From NCBI RefSeq assembly GCF_009914755.1, contig NC_060938.1: a stretch of 64,000 nucleotides of DNA; one strand, written 5' to 3'. Source of the DNA: the human T2T-CHM13v2.0 reference genome, Homo sapiens. Under the pieces are notes generated by a model, which worked only from the letters and a program-made list of their open reading frames with translations, had not been told where the DNA came from and did not search any database. Of this stretch, positions 1-15,639 are shown one piece after another. The first letter of the stretch is position 1. The number at the start of each line of letters is the position of its first letter. The translations under genes were made by a program, and so were the position numbers.

Positions 1-30
1 ACTTTGAGCTGGGTCTTGGAAGATGAAGAG

Positions 31-70
31 GAAGTTGATACCTAGAAAAGGAAGTTGATACCTAGAAAAG
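31..70. repeat. Perfect 20-bp tandem duplication within an L2-like fragment
   Basis: gaagttgatacctagaaaag occurs at 31-50 and again at 51-70. Confidence 0.9.
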
Positions 71-399
71 GAGAAGACTTTTCCAGATAAAGGGGAAATA
101 CATGTTGGGATATAAAACTATGTGAAAGGACGTAGTATACTTGACCAGAATATGAAAGAAGTTTAAGAGAAAATGTCAGGAGATAAGATGAAAGCCATAT
201 ATATTCGTGGGCCACAGAACACCAAGATTAAGTAGCGCCAAAGTATGCTGTGGCCTTTTGCATGCTGTTGAAGCTTTATTAAGAAATGATCCTTATGTTC
301 ATCCTTCATGAGATACCAAAGTTATGGAAAAAAAAAATCTTAAAGGGTTAATTCAATCAGCTACTCATTCAAAATACGAATTCCCTTTCCAATACACTT

Positions 400-2200
400 A
401 CATAAAATATTTCCATTTGTTCCACATCTTCTCCCACACTTGATATTGTCATATTGCTAGTTTTTGTTGTTTTAATGTTGTATATATCACAGTATCTCAA
501 TTTTTATTTTATTTTGTAATTGCCTAATGGCAGTGATAATAACATTTTTCATATGTTTATTGGCTTTAACTATTCCTATTTTAAAAGTTAGAGACATTTA
601 CATATATATTTTAATTAACAGGCAGAAGGTCTTTATATACTTTGGATAAAGATCCTATTTGTTTTTGAACTACGAATTAAAATTTCTACTCCCAACATGT
701 AGCTTGCTTTTTCATTCAATTTATTCTATTAATGGTGTTGTTTGATGAACTAAAGTTCCAATTTATAAATTATTTTTTCTACATCTAATGGTTTTTATAA
801 CTTGCATAATAAATTTTGCTGACTTGAAGATCATAAAGCTATTATCCTACATTTATATTGCATTTTTTGCTTTATCTTTATGACATTATCTATGATCTGT
901 CTGGAATTAATTTCTTGCATGCCATGTGATAAGGGTCAAAGTTATTTCTTCCACATGAATTCACTTCATGAAAACACACTCTCCCAGTAGTTCACAATGT
1001 AAATTTGTCACAAACACATATTTATGGTCTGTTGTGGACTCTACATTCTATTCCATTTATCTAGTATTCTATCATGATATGAATATTATATTGTTAATAA
1101 TGTCTATATATGTAACAATTTTGATCTGTAGTTTCAATCTCCAAAATTTATAAGTAATTTTCTGAATTATCCTGGCAATTTCTATCCATTTTGCTATACC
1201 ACCAACATTTTTATAGTGGCTTGTCAATTGTATCATACTGATACTTATTTGAAATAACCGGTACTATTTAGGTCAATTGTGAAAGAAAGTAATATATTTT
1301 CAATATTGATTCTTTCAATCTATAAATCTGATATACTTAAGCTTTTTAAATTTATCACAGTGAAGTTTTATGGACTATTTATAAAGGGCTTAAACTTCTA
1401 TACTTATTTTTAGATATGTGATAATTTATGATGTTATTACAAATGATGTCTTAAAATCACATATGCTAATTCTTTGCTGATGCTATGTGGATTTTTTTTG
1501 TAAATTAATCTTATATACAAACAAAAATTCTGGCAAAAAAACTTAATAATATTGTATCCCTTTGTACATTTTACATGTAAAATTATTTAGACTAGTGACT
1601 TAATTTTTTTTGTCTATTTAGCTAGCTAAATAATATAGTATCAAGTGGAGTAAAAGTTATGGTAAAGATCCTTCATACAATGTTCCTGATAATAAGACAA
1701 TATTTGCAGTACTTTATCATTGAATATAATACATGCTGAGTTTTTTTCTCAACTGTAATTTATTGTATTGAAGATTTCCCTATCTATTCATAGTTTGCTG
1801 AGTTTCTATCATGAATGAGTGCTTTTTTGGCTTCTACTGGAGTGATCAAATTATTTTTCATTTATTCTGTTGATGTGGTGAATTACACAGATTGATTTTT
1901 AATGTTAAAAAATCATTCCTAGAATTAACACAACTTGGTGTGGTGTATTAGCCATATGATACATTGCTAGATAAAACACACTTACATTTTGTAGAAACTG
2001 TTTGTATCTACATTCTTGAGAGAACTTGCCCTTTAATTTTCATTTATGTTTATGTTCTTATCAATTAAAAGAGGATACTCTAGGCTAATAAAGATATTTG
2101 AGAATGGCTCTCTTTTCCAGTATTATCTGAAAGAGTACATGTAAAATTATTTTTTCATTAAATTTTTGAAAAAAAAAATTGAAGCAATTTTGGATTTTTA
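400..2200 (-). mobile_element. Old L1M (L1ME-like) ORF2/3' region, highly decayed
   Basis: T-rich strand with antisense L1 motifs, e.g. ccacatcttctcccacacttgatattgtc, ttttcatatgtttattggc, ttattctgttgatgtggtgaattaca. Boundaries approximate. Confidence 0.7.
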
Positions 2201-2214
2201 GGAATGCTTTTTTT

Positions 2215-3310
2215 ATTTTTAATATACATTTTCTTTTGGAGTAATTATAAAAGTTGCAAAGATAATACAGAGTTTCTTCATATCTTTATTCACCTTCTCC
2301 TCATGTTAACATACTCATAGCACATTTTTCAAAACTAAAAAAGTAATATCAGTGCAACATTATTAAATGAAACAAGACTTTATTCAGATTTCACCAGCTT
2401 TTCCACTAATATCCTTTTCTCTTCCAGGATCCAATATATGATGTCACATAGCATTTAGTTATCATGTTTCCTTAATTTATTAGTCTGTGACAGTTTCTCA
2501 TTCTTTGCTTGTTTTTCAAGACAGTGATACTCTTAAAAATATTTTTCAGGTATTTTTTAGAATGTCCCTTTGAGTTTGTGTGATGTTTTCTCATGGTTGT
2601 ACTGGGGTTGTGGATTTTGAGGATGAATACCACAGAGGGCAAGCTACCCTTCTCATTGCATCGCATGATAGCAACATAACTTATTACTGGTGATGATAAC
2701 CTCAGTTGCTTTGAGGTGAAGGTACCAGACTTCTCCACTGTAAAGTTACTCTTCTTGCCTTTCCATACATTTTTTTTTTTTTTTTGAGTAACTAGTAAGT
2801 CCAGCTCACAGCTACACTCACAGGGAGAAGAATTAAGTTTTATCTCCTGGTAGGAAATATCTACAAAATATCTGCATAAATTATTTGGACTGTTTTCTAG
2901 AAGGAAGGTGTGTTCCTTCTCCTTCATTTATTTACTCAATGAATTTTGTGTGTCAATATGGATTGATGGATATTTATTTAATACTGTAGGTTATAATCCA
3001 ATACTATGTTATATATTTCATTGCTCAAATTATTCCAGCATTGACCATTGGAATCTCTGATAGGCTTCTATATCATTTGGAAATGTTCCTATCAGTTATT
3101 TTTTTTGTTTCAACACTTATTAACTTTTAGTAATATAAAGTGATCCAGGTTCATCATGTATTTTTCCTTGCCCCAGGTGTAGCATCAGTAATTACTTCCA
3201 GAATTTCTGGTTCCTTCAACTGGAGAATGGATATATAGAAACTAAATCCTGAGCGCTGGGTATGCTTATTTGTACAAATGTGTCACTATTTCTAGATCCT
3301 CTCTAACATA
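2215..3310 (-). mobile_element. L1MC-type 3' UTR (L1MC4/MER42-like)
   Basis: aaagttgcaaagataatacagag...ttattcagatttcaccagcttttccactaat...ccaggatccaat...gcatttagttatcatgtttcc resembles the antisense L1MC 3' UTR. Confidence 0.7.
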
Positions 3311-4519
3311 TACCACATTTGTAACAGGCTATTTTCCCTTCTGTGGTTCCTCAACAGTCTGGTTTTTAAATTTTCTTACATTAAATTTCGCTCTTGGTGA
3401 TATAAAGTTCAACAATGTTGACAAATGTGTAAAGTCATGTAGCACCAATCAAGTATCATACAGAGGAGTTAAATAACCCTAAACATTTCCCTGTGGATTG
3501 TTTTTGTAGCAAACACTTTGTCTTCTCCAAAAAAGAAAAACAAACAAACAAACAATTTTTCATGCCAATAGTTTGGCCTTTTCCAGAATGCTATATGTGT
3601 GGAATAATGTGACATGTAGTCTTTCAAATTTGGCTTTGTTTTTTCAAAATGTGCTTGAGATTCAGCTATATTTTTATTGCATCAAAAGCTAATTTCCTTT
3701 TATCACTGAATAGTATAAAGTATTATTTCACACATCACTCATCTGTTGAACAAAATCTTAGTTATTTACAGTGTTTTAGAGATTGTAAATAAAACTTCTA
3801 TAATCCTCCATGGACAAATTTTTGTCTGAACATAAGTTTTAAATTCATATATGTAAATACATATATGAATTTAAACGTTTTAAGTTCATATATATAAATA
3901 CATGTGAATTTAAAACGTTTAAATTCATATATGTAAATTCATATATGTAAATACCTTGCAGTGTGATTGCTAAGATTGCAGTATAAGTCTACTACTAGTA
4001 TCAACATATTACAATTCCAAGTAGCACACAGATACCTTATCGTCATTTACATTTCTTTATCCATTTCTTTTTATAATTGTCTGAAATGTTACCTATACAT
4101 ACATTAAGAACTAAAGTCATATTATAATTTTAGCTTTTGACTGTCAAATACAATCTTAAAATCTCCAGAGGAGAACACTCTGTTATACTTATTTACATGT
4201 TTATTCTTTCCATTATTCTTTCTTCATTCTTGATGTTTTATATATTCTTTCATTACAATTTGTTTTCCGTTTGCTCCTCCCCAGCAGATCTTGTGTCTGT
4301 AACTCCCACCTCCAATCCTCTCACGATTGAGATGACAACCCCCCCACATTTGAACCAAGACCAACAGAAACGAGCCAGGAAATGCATTCTGTAGCCAAGC
4401 AAATTAGCTGCCTACTAAAATAAAAGATTTGTAAAGAAACCATCATCTTATAGCATAATACACAAAATGTTCAGGAAAAAGTCTAAACTTGCCTGTAACT
4501 CTAAGTATCAGGTGTATCA

Positions 4520-4908
4520 GCCAAGGTTTAACAAGAAAAGCAAAACTTGTAGGAGATGTATATTACGAGGTTTATTGCAAGAAATTGGCTTACTTGATTG
4601 TAGAGACTAGACAAATTTAAATTTATATGATACTTGTCAAGAAGAGCAAGTTGGAGCTATTGTACATGGACTATAGCCATCGTCCAGAGACTTTTTTTTG
4701 TAGGCAAGTTTCAACTATGTTTTCATGGCCCTCCAACTGATCAAATCAGGGCTTACTTAGATTATTTTAAATTGTCTTCCTTAATTACGGTCAATTGATT
4801 GTGAACTTTAATCACATTTACAAAATACATTCATGACAACACATAAATTAGTGTTTTATTGAATAACTAGGGACTATAGCACAGCCAAAAGAACACCTCA
4901 ATATCACT
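4520..4908 (-). mobile_element. MLT2-family ERVL LTR (old, MLT2C-F-like)
   Basis: tttattgcaagaaattggcttac and aatcacatttacaaaatacattca...gactatagcacagccaa resemble the reverse complement of the MLT2 consensus. Confidence 0.65.
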
Positions 4909-4909
4909 G

Positions 4910-6110
<1,201 letters not shown>

Positions 6111-9100
6111 AAACTCCAAACTTTTGCCAGTGATTATATCTTGGAATTAGAAGGGCTAGAGAGAGAATTAAAGCACATATACTGCTTAGCAACTTTTAAA
6201 TGTATGTATTCTTCTATAATTAACACTTCAGTGATAAGTATCATGTTATGAAACCTGACTATTAATTTTGAAAGGATCTAAAGCAAGTGTAAGAAAAAAG
6301 TATAAGAATATTCCCAGTATAACATCTTCAAAGTAAATTTCATTTTATGAATTGATAACTAAAAGAGAAAGACTGCAGTAAAAATATGTGCAAAGAATAT
6401 GAATGTAAGATTTACAGAAAAGCAAATCTAAATAAATGAAATGTTACAAAATATATCTAAACATTCTCAATTTCCCAAGTAGTCGGAAAAATAAAAAATT
6501 TAAAAAGAAACTATTCTGATCACTAGTGCCAGTGAGGGCAGGCAGAGGATATATGCTCTTATATACTGGTGGATATAAAGAAGCTTATATTTACTTTATA
6601 TATCAATAAATATATAATGGGTATGCTTTTGGTGGAAGTAATATTAGAATACTTATTAAAATGTCCATACCCTCTGACCTTAAAATCTACTCCTAGTAAT
6701 ATATTTAATTGCATGAGTACCCAGACATAAAGATGGTTATGGAAGATAAAATATTAGAAACAACGTAAATCTCATCAATAAGCAGAGGGTTGACTAAACC
6801 ATGATTCACCAACAGAACACTATACTGACATTAAAAACTAGAGAAGTAAGATGTAAAAACTATGCAAGTAAGACTTACAGATATATAATACCAAAAATCA
6901 ATAAAGCAAGGTGAAGAGAAGTGTCTATACTACAGACCATTTTTGTAAAACAGAAAACCAAAATACATAGGTGTATAATTAAATATATGTGTGTGTGTGT
7001 GAATGCATTTGTATACAGTTAAGGGACCATGGAGTACATTGTGCAAGGATACACATCAGAGTGTTAATATTTGTGGCCTATAGCAGTTGGCGGGAGGATT
7101 GGGGGCCGGCAGGAGACAGTAACAGAAAGGAGTATATGTTAAAGAAAATGATCCAATATATTTTGATAAATTACTGATTTTTTAAAAAGCTATGAATTCA
7201 GTAATAAAGGCCCTGAAACAAGAAGAACACATCTAAGCACAAATTGGGAAAAAAATTATTCAGTGCAGAATATAATGTGAAAGTTCCAAATCTGTTCTCA
7301 AACTGAATATCTCAATCATACTTTACAGTACCTTTAAGAACACTGGTTCAAAATAATTAACCATTCCTTACATATGAGCATTTTAAAATTAAGTTATGAA
7401 TACATTTTTATTGTACATATTACTTTGTGTAGGAATATGTATAGTGAAATATACGGGATTTTTCCTTAAAATAATAAAAATTTTAAAAAGCTACAAGGAA
7501 ACATTTTTATTATGTACTTAGCAAATGTATACATTTGAATGCGATTAATTTATAAGTGGTGGAGAGGGAATGCAGCAAAACAATGTAAAATTCTCCCACA
7601 AAAGCATTTTGTTATTTTTCTTCTGAAACTGTCAAACTTTCAAACTTGCCAGAAACATACTTAGTTTAAATTATTTCACATGGTTTTGCACATGAATATA
7701 ACAAATCAACTTTCAAATAAAAATTGTATGTTGAAACCCATGTAACCAAAGATAAATCTATATCAAAGATAATTACTCTCCTCAATGTGTCGAGTGATTC
7801 GGGATTCCAGTCAGTTCTTAGTTGGTAGAATTAAAACATCTGAAGTATTGATACAAAATTAAATGAAATCTGAGAGGGACTTGTTTTCTGCAGATTATAA
7901 AAAATATCATCTCACTGCTTGAAATAAAAATGAAGAGTCCTAATCTTAATAACAAAAATAAACGCAATCCGTGTTACTAAAAAGAAAATTGGAAATGCTT
8001 CCATTATCATTGTTGCCATGCAAAATAAGTAACAATTAAATGTAGTTTGGGAATAAGTGAAAACACTTATCCTGGATGGTATCAGCTTTGAACAAAATTT
8101 CTTTTCATCAGATATAAGATGACATCACAAAATTCAAATCTCTTCTTCCTCAGATGTAAACTTTTAAAAATCCTTTATTAAATAAAAGTTCCTATGCTGT
8201 GGGTTATGAAATTATTTATATATTAAATTTATATTTGCTTTATACAGGACAATGTGAATAACCATAGTATAAATTGAATAGGACACATACGCATTTTAAG
8301 CACTTGCTCAGTGAAAACACAATTGTGATACTGAGTCTGTAACTTGAGGACATACATAGGATATTAAGGTCAATATTAATGAACAGTGTTTATTTGATAA
8401 ATATAAATATAGCTTGATTTTTAAAATTTTTGACAACTTGCATTCCAAAATTAATTAGGTAAGTTACAGATTCAAAACGTTACAAGGAAAGGAGGATGAA
8501 AAATTCTACCTGAGATTTTATGTAGACATTCTCAATCTTCTGGACTCATAATTTACTTACTATAACAAATGTTTAGAAAGTAAATTATCAAACTCACAAA
8601 ACCTTGTTTTCAACATATTCCAAGTGACTCTCCGTCTGGGAGAAAGACTAGACTTATACTGGCAGGCTCCTTCCCGTGGAGCTGGAGCAGCAGTGAAAAC
8701 TTTGCATACCCAGAACTAGCTCAATTTGTATGAAGAACTAAGGAATCCATGGAACAGAACAGAGTTAAGTGATTAGAAAAAAATTGACCAAAATGTTAAT
8801 AGTCACAAGGAAGACAGAAGAACTGGAATAAAACCAGTTCAAGAAGAAAAGACAACATCAGATTGGCACTCTAAATAGAAGACTGATGTGGGACATAATG
8901 AGAAAAAGCTGTTGCCCATAGACTTCCCTGTGGGTGAAATATTTAATCGGTACATTCCTGGAAAAACAAACTATAATGAATTTCTTTAAAATATCACCTT
9001 CCTTAATTACAATCGGAGGTAGTAACCAGTAATGACACTTTTTTGAAAGGTGAAATTTCAAGTAATGGTAACAGTGAGGAATCAGTAATTTTTTTTTTTT

Positions 9101-11583
9101 TTAAAGATGGGAAAGACAGAATGCCAAGAGAGCAAGACATATCAATGATATCAATGGGAGAAACAAATGCTTATGTGATAGGTTTTTGATGTTTCAATTA
9201 TAAAATAAAATTTTAAATTCAATTCATTCATGAAATAGCTATTTCTTGAATGTTTATTATGTGGATTATATGCTGGCTGGCACAGTGCAAGACCAATTAA
9301 ATGGCAGTTATAACAAATGATCTCTAAACATCAAAAATGCATATTAGCATAACACATCACAATTCCATTGCCAGAAATATATCATAAAAGCAAAAAATTT
9401 GGGAATATCATGTTGGGAATAGATTCAATCCTTTTCTGCCACAGTGGCAGAATACTTTTTTCATAAACAATCGAAAAAAATAGATGATAATTAGATTAAA
9501 ATTAATCTTTGTATTTATTTCACTTCTAGTGCCAAAACTTGAACTCTGCTAAAAATGCTTTAAGCAATTAAAAACCTTGCCTTTTTTTAACTTCCAACTT
9601 TAAATAAATATGTCTCTTTTCACTAAAATCAATAACACCAAAGTACAAAAGCTCAGTAGGCTATGATTAGCCTATTTTATACCACAGTTTTACAAGAGGA
9701 GTGAAATTGGCTTTATAAAGAATGTGACAGTGTATACTGCTCACTAAGTGACAGGTGATGGATTTTAAAATACTTTAAAGGTTTTAAACGTACAAAGTTT
9801 CATTTTGTTGGGAATAGCACCCAAATAAAGTAATTCAACAGAAAACAAGTCAATATAAAATGACAAAACAGCTTAAAGGAAAAACGCTTTGGGAGAAATT
9901 TTTAATACATTCACTTATTCTGATGACAATAAAGTAAAAATCACAAAGCAGAATAATAAAAACGTTACTGAATAATAAAAGAAATTAGATGTACACTACT
10001 TTCAAATGTTGGTATATGTGAAATACTTCTATCACATATTCAACATAATATGGAACTGAAACTATACCAGAAATTCCTAAAACACCACTAAGAAAATATT
10101 TGGTGTCGTATATAAAATTTGGTAGGTAGCTGGCATTCTCTCCTTCACATATAAAAATAACCACTAGTTCCTTATGAATGGCATATGACCTTTTATTCTT
10201 TGTTTTCGAGATAATAGTCTCAGTGATTCCTCCTCAGAACGTTACAACCAATTCAATCGGGACTCCATATTTTACTTTGATGAGAGCTGTGTTCTGTGAA
10301 GGATAAAATAATGTAAAAAGCTAATATAATAACTGGCATATTAAAATAATTAGGTACATTTTCAATGATATCTTTTCATATTTATCATGTATTTGAATTT
10401 ATACAACACTGAAAGTGAACCTAAAATTGTACAACTCAGATTTACCATTTTAATTACACCCAAAGTCAGCACCCAACACAAGTTTATTCTTAGTATCAAT
10501 TATGTTTTAGTAATTCTGAAACTAGAATTAATTCCCAGATACTCCATGATTACACACTAAAATGTTCACAGGGACGTGGCTGATAACAAATATTTGAATT
10601 GGGGTGAGTGTAAGAAATGAGAAGGGTGATCCCAGCTCTTTTCAAAATCTTGGCACATGCAAAATTCTAGTATGTATAAGCCACTTTGGGAAAAGCAGTG
10701 GGTTGGTTATCCAAAATGGGAAAATGGGATGCAAGAGTCCACCCTAAGGTTCACCCTTCCATCGTTGTGCAACTACTTCCTGGCTGAGTGGGTCAGTATG
10801 TCTGCCAATAGCTTCAATCTATTTGCAGCACTTACAAGGATTACATAAAACTTATTACTTATCCCTTATTACTATGGAGATTGCAGGCAACTGGAGAGTA
10901 CGAGCTCAAACTAAGGTTATTCCAGTTCACTGTTTATAAGAATTTTAATAATTTTAATGTTCCATAATTTCCATTTTGATAGTGTTTTTCAACCAGTTTT
11001 TAGCTAACAACGTTAGGTTGGATTTACAAATTGAGTTGTGAAACTTTTATTGTATGTGTTCTTTGAAACACCTAATATAAATGGGGGAAATGCTTGATGG
11101 TTTGTTTAACGTGAAACTACCTATTCGGGTGCCTTTTTGAGGGATATTTTGAAACCTAATTTACTATTTTATGGCTTGACTTTAATTCAGGTATTTTCTT
11201 TAATGTTTTGCTAGTTTATATATTTTTAGGATATTTTGTTTGATTTATTTCAAAATATTTGGTATAAAATGTCTTACAGTGTCTCATAATTTTTTCTTGT
11301 GCTATATTGCATGTGGAAATCGGTCCCTTCTTAAAATCTACATATTGTTTATTTACATCTCACTTCCTTTGTCCCGGAACAATATTTACAGAGATTTATC
11401 TATTTTACTAGTCTTTTCATGTCTGTTTTTCTATTTTTAACTTCTTAAATTGAATAACAGCCACTAGTCTATATTATGTCTATCAATCTTCAAATCTTAG
11501 TGAAATAAACATAAAAAATTATTTTTGTTAATGTTGCATATTCAATGTTGACAGAGAGTTTCTGCTTATATTTATTATTATAT

Positions 11584-12590
11584 TGTGATATAATAAGAAA
11601 TATACATTTAATCTTCATTTCTGGTTCCTGGCACAGAGCTCTTAAAACCCTTGTAACTTCCTGAGTGATACGAGTGATAGAAAATCTTTTGTAATAATAC
11701 TTAGTCCTAGTACCCACTTTCTTTTTTTTTTTCTTTCTTTTTTTTTTTTTTTTGAGACGGAGTCTCGCACTGTCGACTCACTGCAAGGTCCACCTCCTGG
11801 TTTCACGCCATTCTCCTGCCTCAGCCTCCCAAGTAGCTGGGCCTAGTACCCACTTTCTAAAGAGCTTCTAAGACTGTTGGAATCTCTGGAGTGATAAGCG
11901 TGCCTTTTTGTATGCTAATGTGATAACTAGTGGCTGAGGACCCTTGGATAAATTTAGGATAGCAGCTCTTCAACAGAAACACCAAAACATGATTAGAGGG
12001 TTAGAACTTTCAGTCCAGCTCTCTGACCTCTGGGGAGGGAAGAGGGAGTGGAGATTGGGTTAATTATCAATGTTAATGATTTAATCAGTCATGCATGGAG
12101 CCTCCATAAAAACCCTGGACAAGGTGGTTCAGAGAGCATCTTGGCTGGTGAACATATCAAGGTATTGGAAGGGCGGCATGCAGGAGAGTGCATGGAAGAG
12201 CCACATGCACCCTTCCTCTCCCATACCTTGCCCTATACATAGCTTCCATTTGGCTGTTCCTGAGTTGTATCATTTATAATAAACCAGCAATAGTAAATAA
12301 AGTGGCCTCCTGAGCTCTGTGAGCCATTCTAGTAAATTACTGAACCCAAGGAGGGAATAATGGAAACCTCAGATTTATAGCCAATCTGTCAGAAGTACAG
12401 GAACCGCAGGACTTCTAATTGCCATCTGAAGTGGAGACAGTCTTGTGAGACTGAGCCCTTTAACTTGCAGGATATGATGCCAACTTCAGGCAGTGTCAAA
12501 ATTGAATTGAATCGTAGGACTTCTAGCTGGTGTTGAATAATTGGTTGGTGTGGGAAAAAGGCCTACACGTTTGGTGTCAACAGTGTTGTT
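11584..12590 (+). mobile_element. MER21-family LTR (MER21B/C-like), solo
   Basis: Begins tgtgatataataagaaatat...ggttcctggcacagagctcttaaaacccttg. Contains catgattagagggttagaactttcag, ttggctgttcctgagttgtatc and tttggtgtc near the end. Confidence 0.85.
11723..11841 (-). mobile_element. 5'-truncated AluY-like fragment with perfect 17-bp TSD
   Basis: Poly-T tail. Y-diagnostic ctgcaag...ttcacgccattctcc. TSD cctagtacccactttct at 11706-11722 and 11842-11858. Confidence 0.9.
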
Positions 12591-12609
12591 CAGACTTACA
12601 TAAAAACCA

Positions 12610-12870
12610 AGCTGAGAAATGCCTTTTCTTGGCACACATTTCCACAATCACTGCAGCAGTAGAAAAACAAATATTATAGTATCTCAGAAACTGGCACTTG
12701 GAATTTCTCCCCAAACATTACACACTGAATTTTGACTCTCAAAATTCATCAGCCTAAAAAGTTACATACTGACACCTAATTTCAAGAGGCACAGAAATAA
12801 AATCCTATCATGTGTGCAGAAAAGCGCAAATGCCCGAAATATTTGGTAAGAAGCACAAATGATCACTCGG
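12610..12870 (-). mobile_element. Old MaLR LTR (MLT1K/L-like) fragment
   Basis: cacctaatttcaagagg...aatcctatcatgtgtgcagaa...gaaatatttggt resembles the reverse MLT1K/L consensus. Confidence 0.55.
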
Positions 12871-13536
12871 TTTAATTAAACCTTCTTAGTTATTTGTTTT
12901 ATTAAAACATGGACTAGAAGTTATTTTACAGATATCGTTTTAGACATGTCCCATTAGTTTTTACTTATAATGGCACTGTTGCCATTCAGTTCAAAACATT
13001 GACATGATCATTTCCTCTTTCACCTTTTAAGAGGTTGGCTCATTCTGCTTGATTAATTATTTTGCCTTGTTTTAATTTTCAAAAATATAAAAATTCTGGA
13101 CTTTTTGTAATTGGTTTCTATCACATTTTGGCCATAGGCTATATATTTCATGGACTCTTGATTTTTTATGCTTGTGTATATTTTCTTTGTGGTCTAGTAA
13201 AAGATCTGATTTTGTATAAACGCTTTGTGATCTAGAAAAAAGTTTTTACTATTACAATGCGGAGTTTTAAATAAATATATTAATTGCTTTGTTAGTTTAT
13301 CTTATCCTTATTAATATTTGATTGTATTACCCAATTTTTTCATAAAAGAAATTAAATTTTACTACATAATTTTGAATACAGCCGTTTCTATTAATTTTTA
13401 CTTTGTATTTTTATTCCATATTAATATAAAAATTATTCTTATAGCTTAGTTAAATTTTGTTATTCAGTAATTGGTGATTAATTTTGATTTTTGTCTTAAG
13501 ATACAGGTACACTTGTCAGATGTAACTGTGCTAACT

Positions 13537-13590
13537 TTTTCTTAGCATGTTATATTCTTAGCATGAACATTTTCTTAGCATGTTATTTTC
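13537..13590. repeat. Short tandem repeat, ~3 copies of ttcttagcatg+spacer
   Basis: ttcttagcatg occurs three times at a 16-17 bp period. Confidence 0.8.
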
Positions 13591-14244
13591 TATCTCTTTC
13601 AACTTTCTAAGTTATTAAACCAAATTTTTTAACCACATTGAAGGAAAATGTAGTAAAAGATAAATTAGCAAAATAAGATAAAGAATATTTTTAATCCAAC
13701 ACGAAAGCATCTGTTTGTCTTCAGGAAAGTGTAATCTGTTTAACATTTTGTGAGTGTTTATAAACTTGGAAATATATTTAATAATTTATCTGGTGTTATC
13801 CCAATGACCATGCAATTTCTTCACATCTTCTTTTAAAAACATTAATTATATTTATTGATTTTTCTTCCCTTTTTTATTTTTACTTTTTGCTTCTTCGGAA
13901 GTTATACATTCTAGTTTGATCATTTTAGAGATAACTATAGCTAAAATCAATTACAGACAGATTTATTAAAACTGATAATTTATCAAAAATTTATTTACAT
14001 CTTGCTTCTAAACCTCTCTATGTAATCAGCTATTTTACTTATTATAATATTTACATATTTCTTAGGTCATTTTTCTTGCTTCTTACATCTCCATCTCTCT
14101 TACAGAAGTTTGTTGTTTGGTTGTTCTTTCAGTGAGTGTATAGGAGTAGGAAATTGTCTTGGTCTGTAAGTTTGTTTCTTAATGTTTGTATTTTTGCATG
14201 ATGTTTAAATGATAGCTTAGCAGGGTATAGAATTATTTAAGGTT

Positions 14245-14541
<297 letters not shown>

Positions 14542-15639
14542 TTATTTAATGTTGAACAGATATATCCTCCCTCGTGCTTCAGTGATATTAATCTATTGTC
14601 TGTGGACATTCATTATTTTTGATGAGATATGGTAAGAAATATTTGTTCACTTTATCCAGTCTTTTTCTTATGCAGCCTTTAAGATTTCTCTCCACATTTC
14701 ATAATCTATAGTTTCAGAATGGTGTATCTGGACACAGATTTGTATTTCTGTTGTCCAAGACTTTTCTTCTATTTGAAAAGTCAGAATTATTTTTTAGTCT
14801 GGATATTTTTTCAGCAAATACGATTTCAAATATAGCTTCTCTTCCTTTTCTCTATTGTATACTGCCAAACATACAAGGAGAGCTTCTGTCCTTCTCATGT
14901 TACCCCCAATCTTTCTTAATGGCTATTTAGTGTTTTACATTTCTTCATCCCTCCAGTATTCTTGGTTATTTGCTCATATTTGTCAATTACAGTATCAATT
15001 TTCTCTTTAAATAAACCTTTTTTTGTTTAAAATGTTTATTAAATTTTACATTTAATAACTATACTCCAAAAATATGTATTGCTATTTTTAAATCTATTAC
15101 TATTTTTACATATGTATTTAATTGTCAATCTTTTATAATTTTCTTTCCTTTACATATTTTCCTTGCTGATTCCACAGAATAGAGGGTGAACTGTTATTAG
15201 CTCTCTGTTTCAGTGGTAGGAACTTCCCTTCATACGACTCTAATTTGTATAAGGAGCATTATGCTATCTTTGTGGTTACGATGATATGGATGCTAAACTC
15301 CAGTGATTAACCTCTGCGGCCTGATTCCCTTAGGGACACTTGCTGTTTTTAGTTGGTCATTTAAAAAATACTTCAAATGTCTTTGTTTGATGGGAGAAGC
15401 AACTGCTATCAGCATCCATATAGATTTACCTTATTACTTAATGTTGAGCATATACAATACAAGTATACATTTTTGTATTTTTTATAATCTTTTTATGCAT
15501 AGAGTACCTATATTATATGTATTGTCTTTAAAATCCTCTCTGCACATGGAGAAAAGTGTGTAGAGTTGAAGATTATAAGCCAGAGTTCAAAATAAGGCAT
15601 TTTTGCTTGGAAAGGATAAGGGCATCCAATTCTGAGATG

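Noticed and set aside
2472-2927. 151-aa minus-strand ORF
   Set aside because: It lies wholly within an L1MC 3' UTR, and the poly-K comes from a T homopolymer.
8440-8470. Donor-like TAG|GTAAGT
   Set aside because: I found no convincing upstream acceptor or open frame, and such a match is expected by chance in AT-rich DNA.
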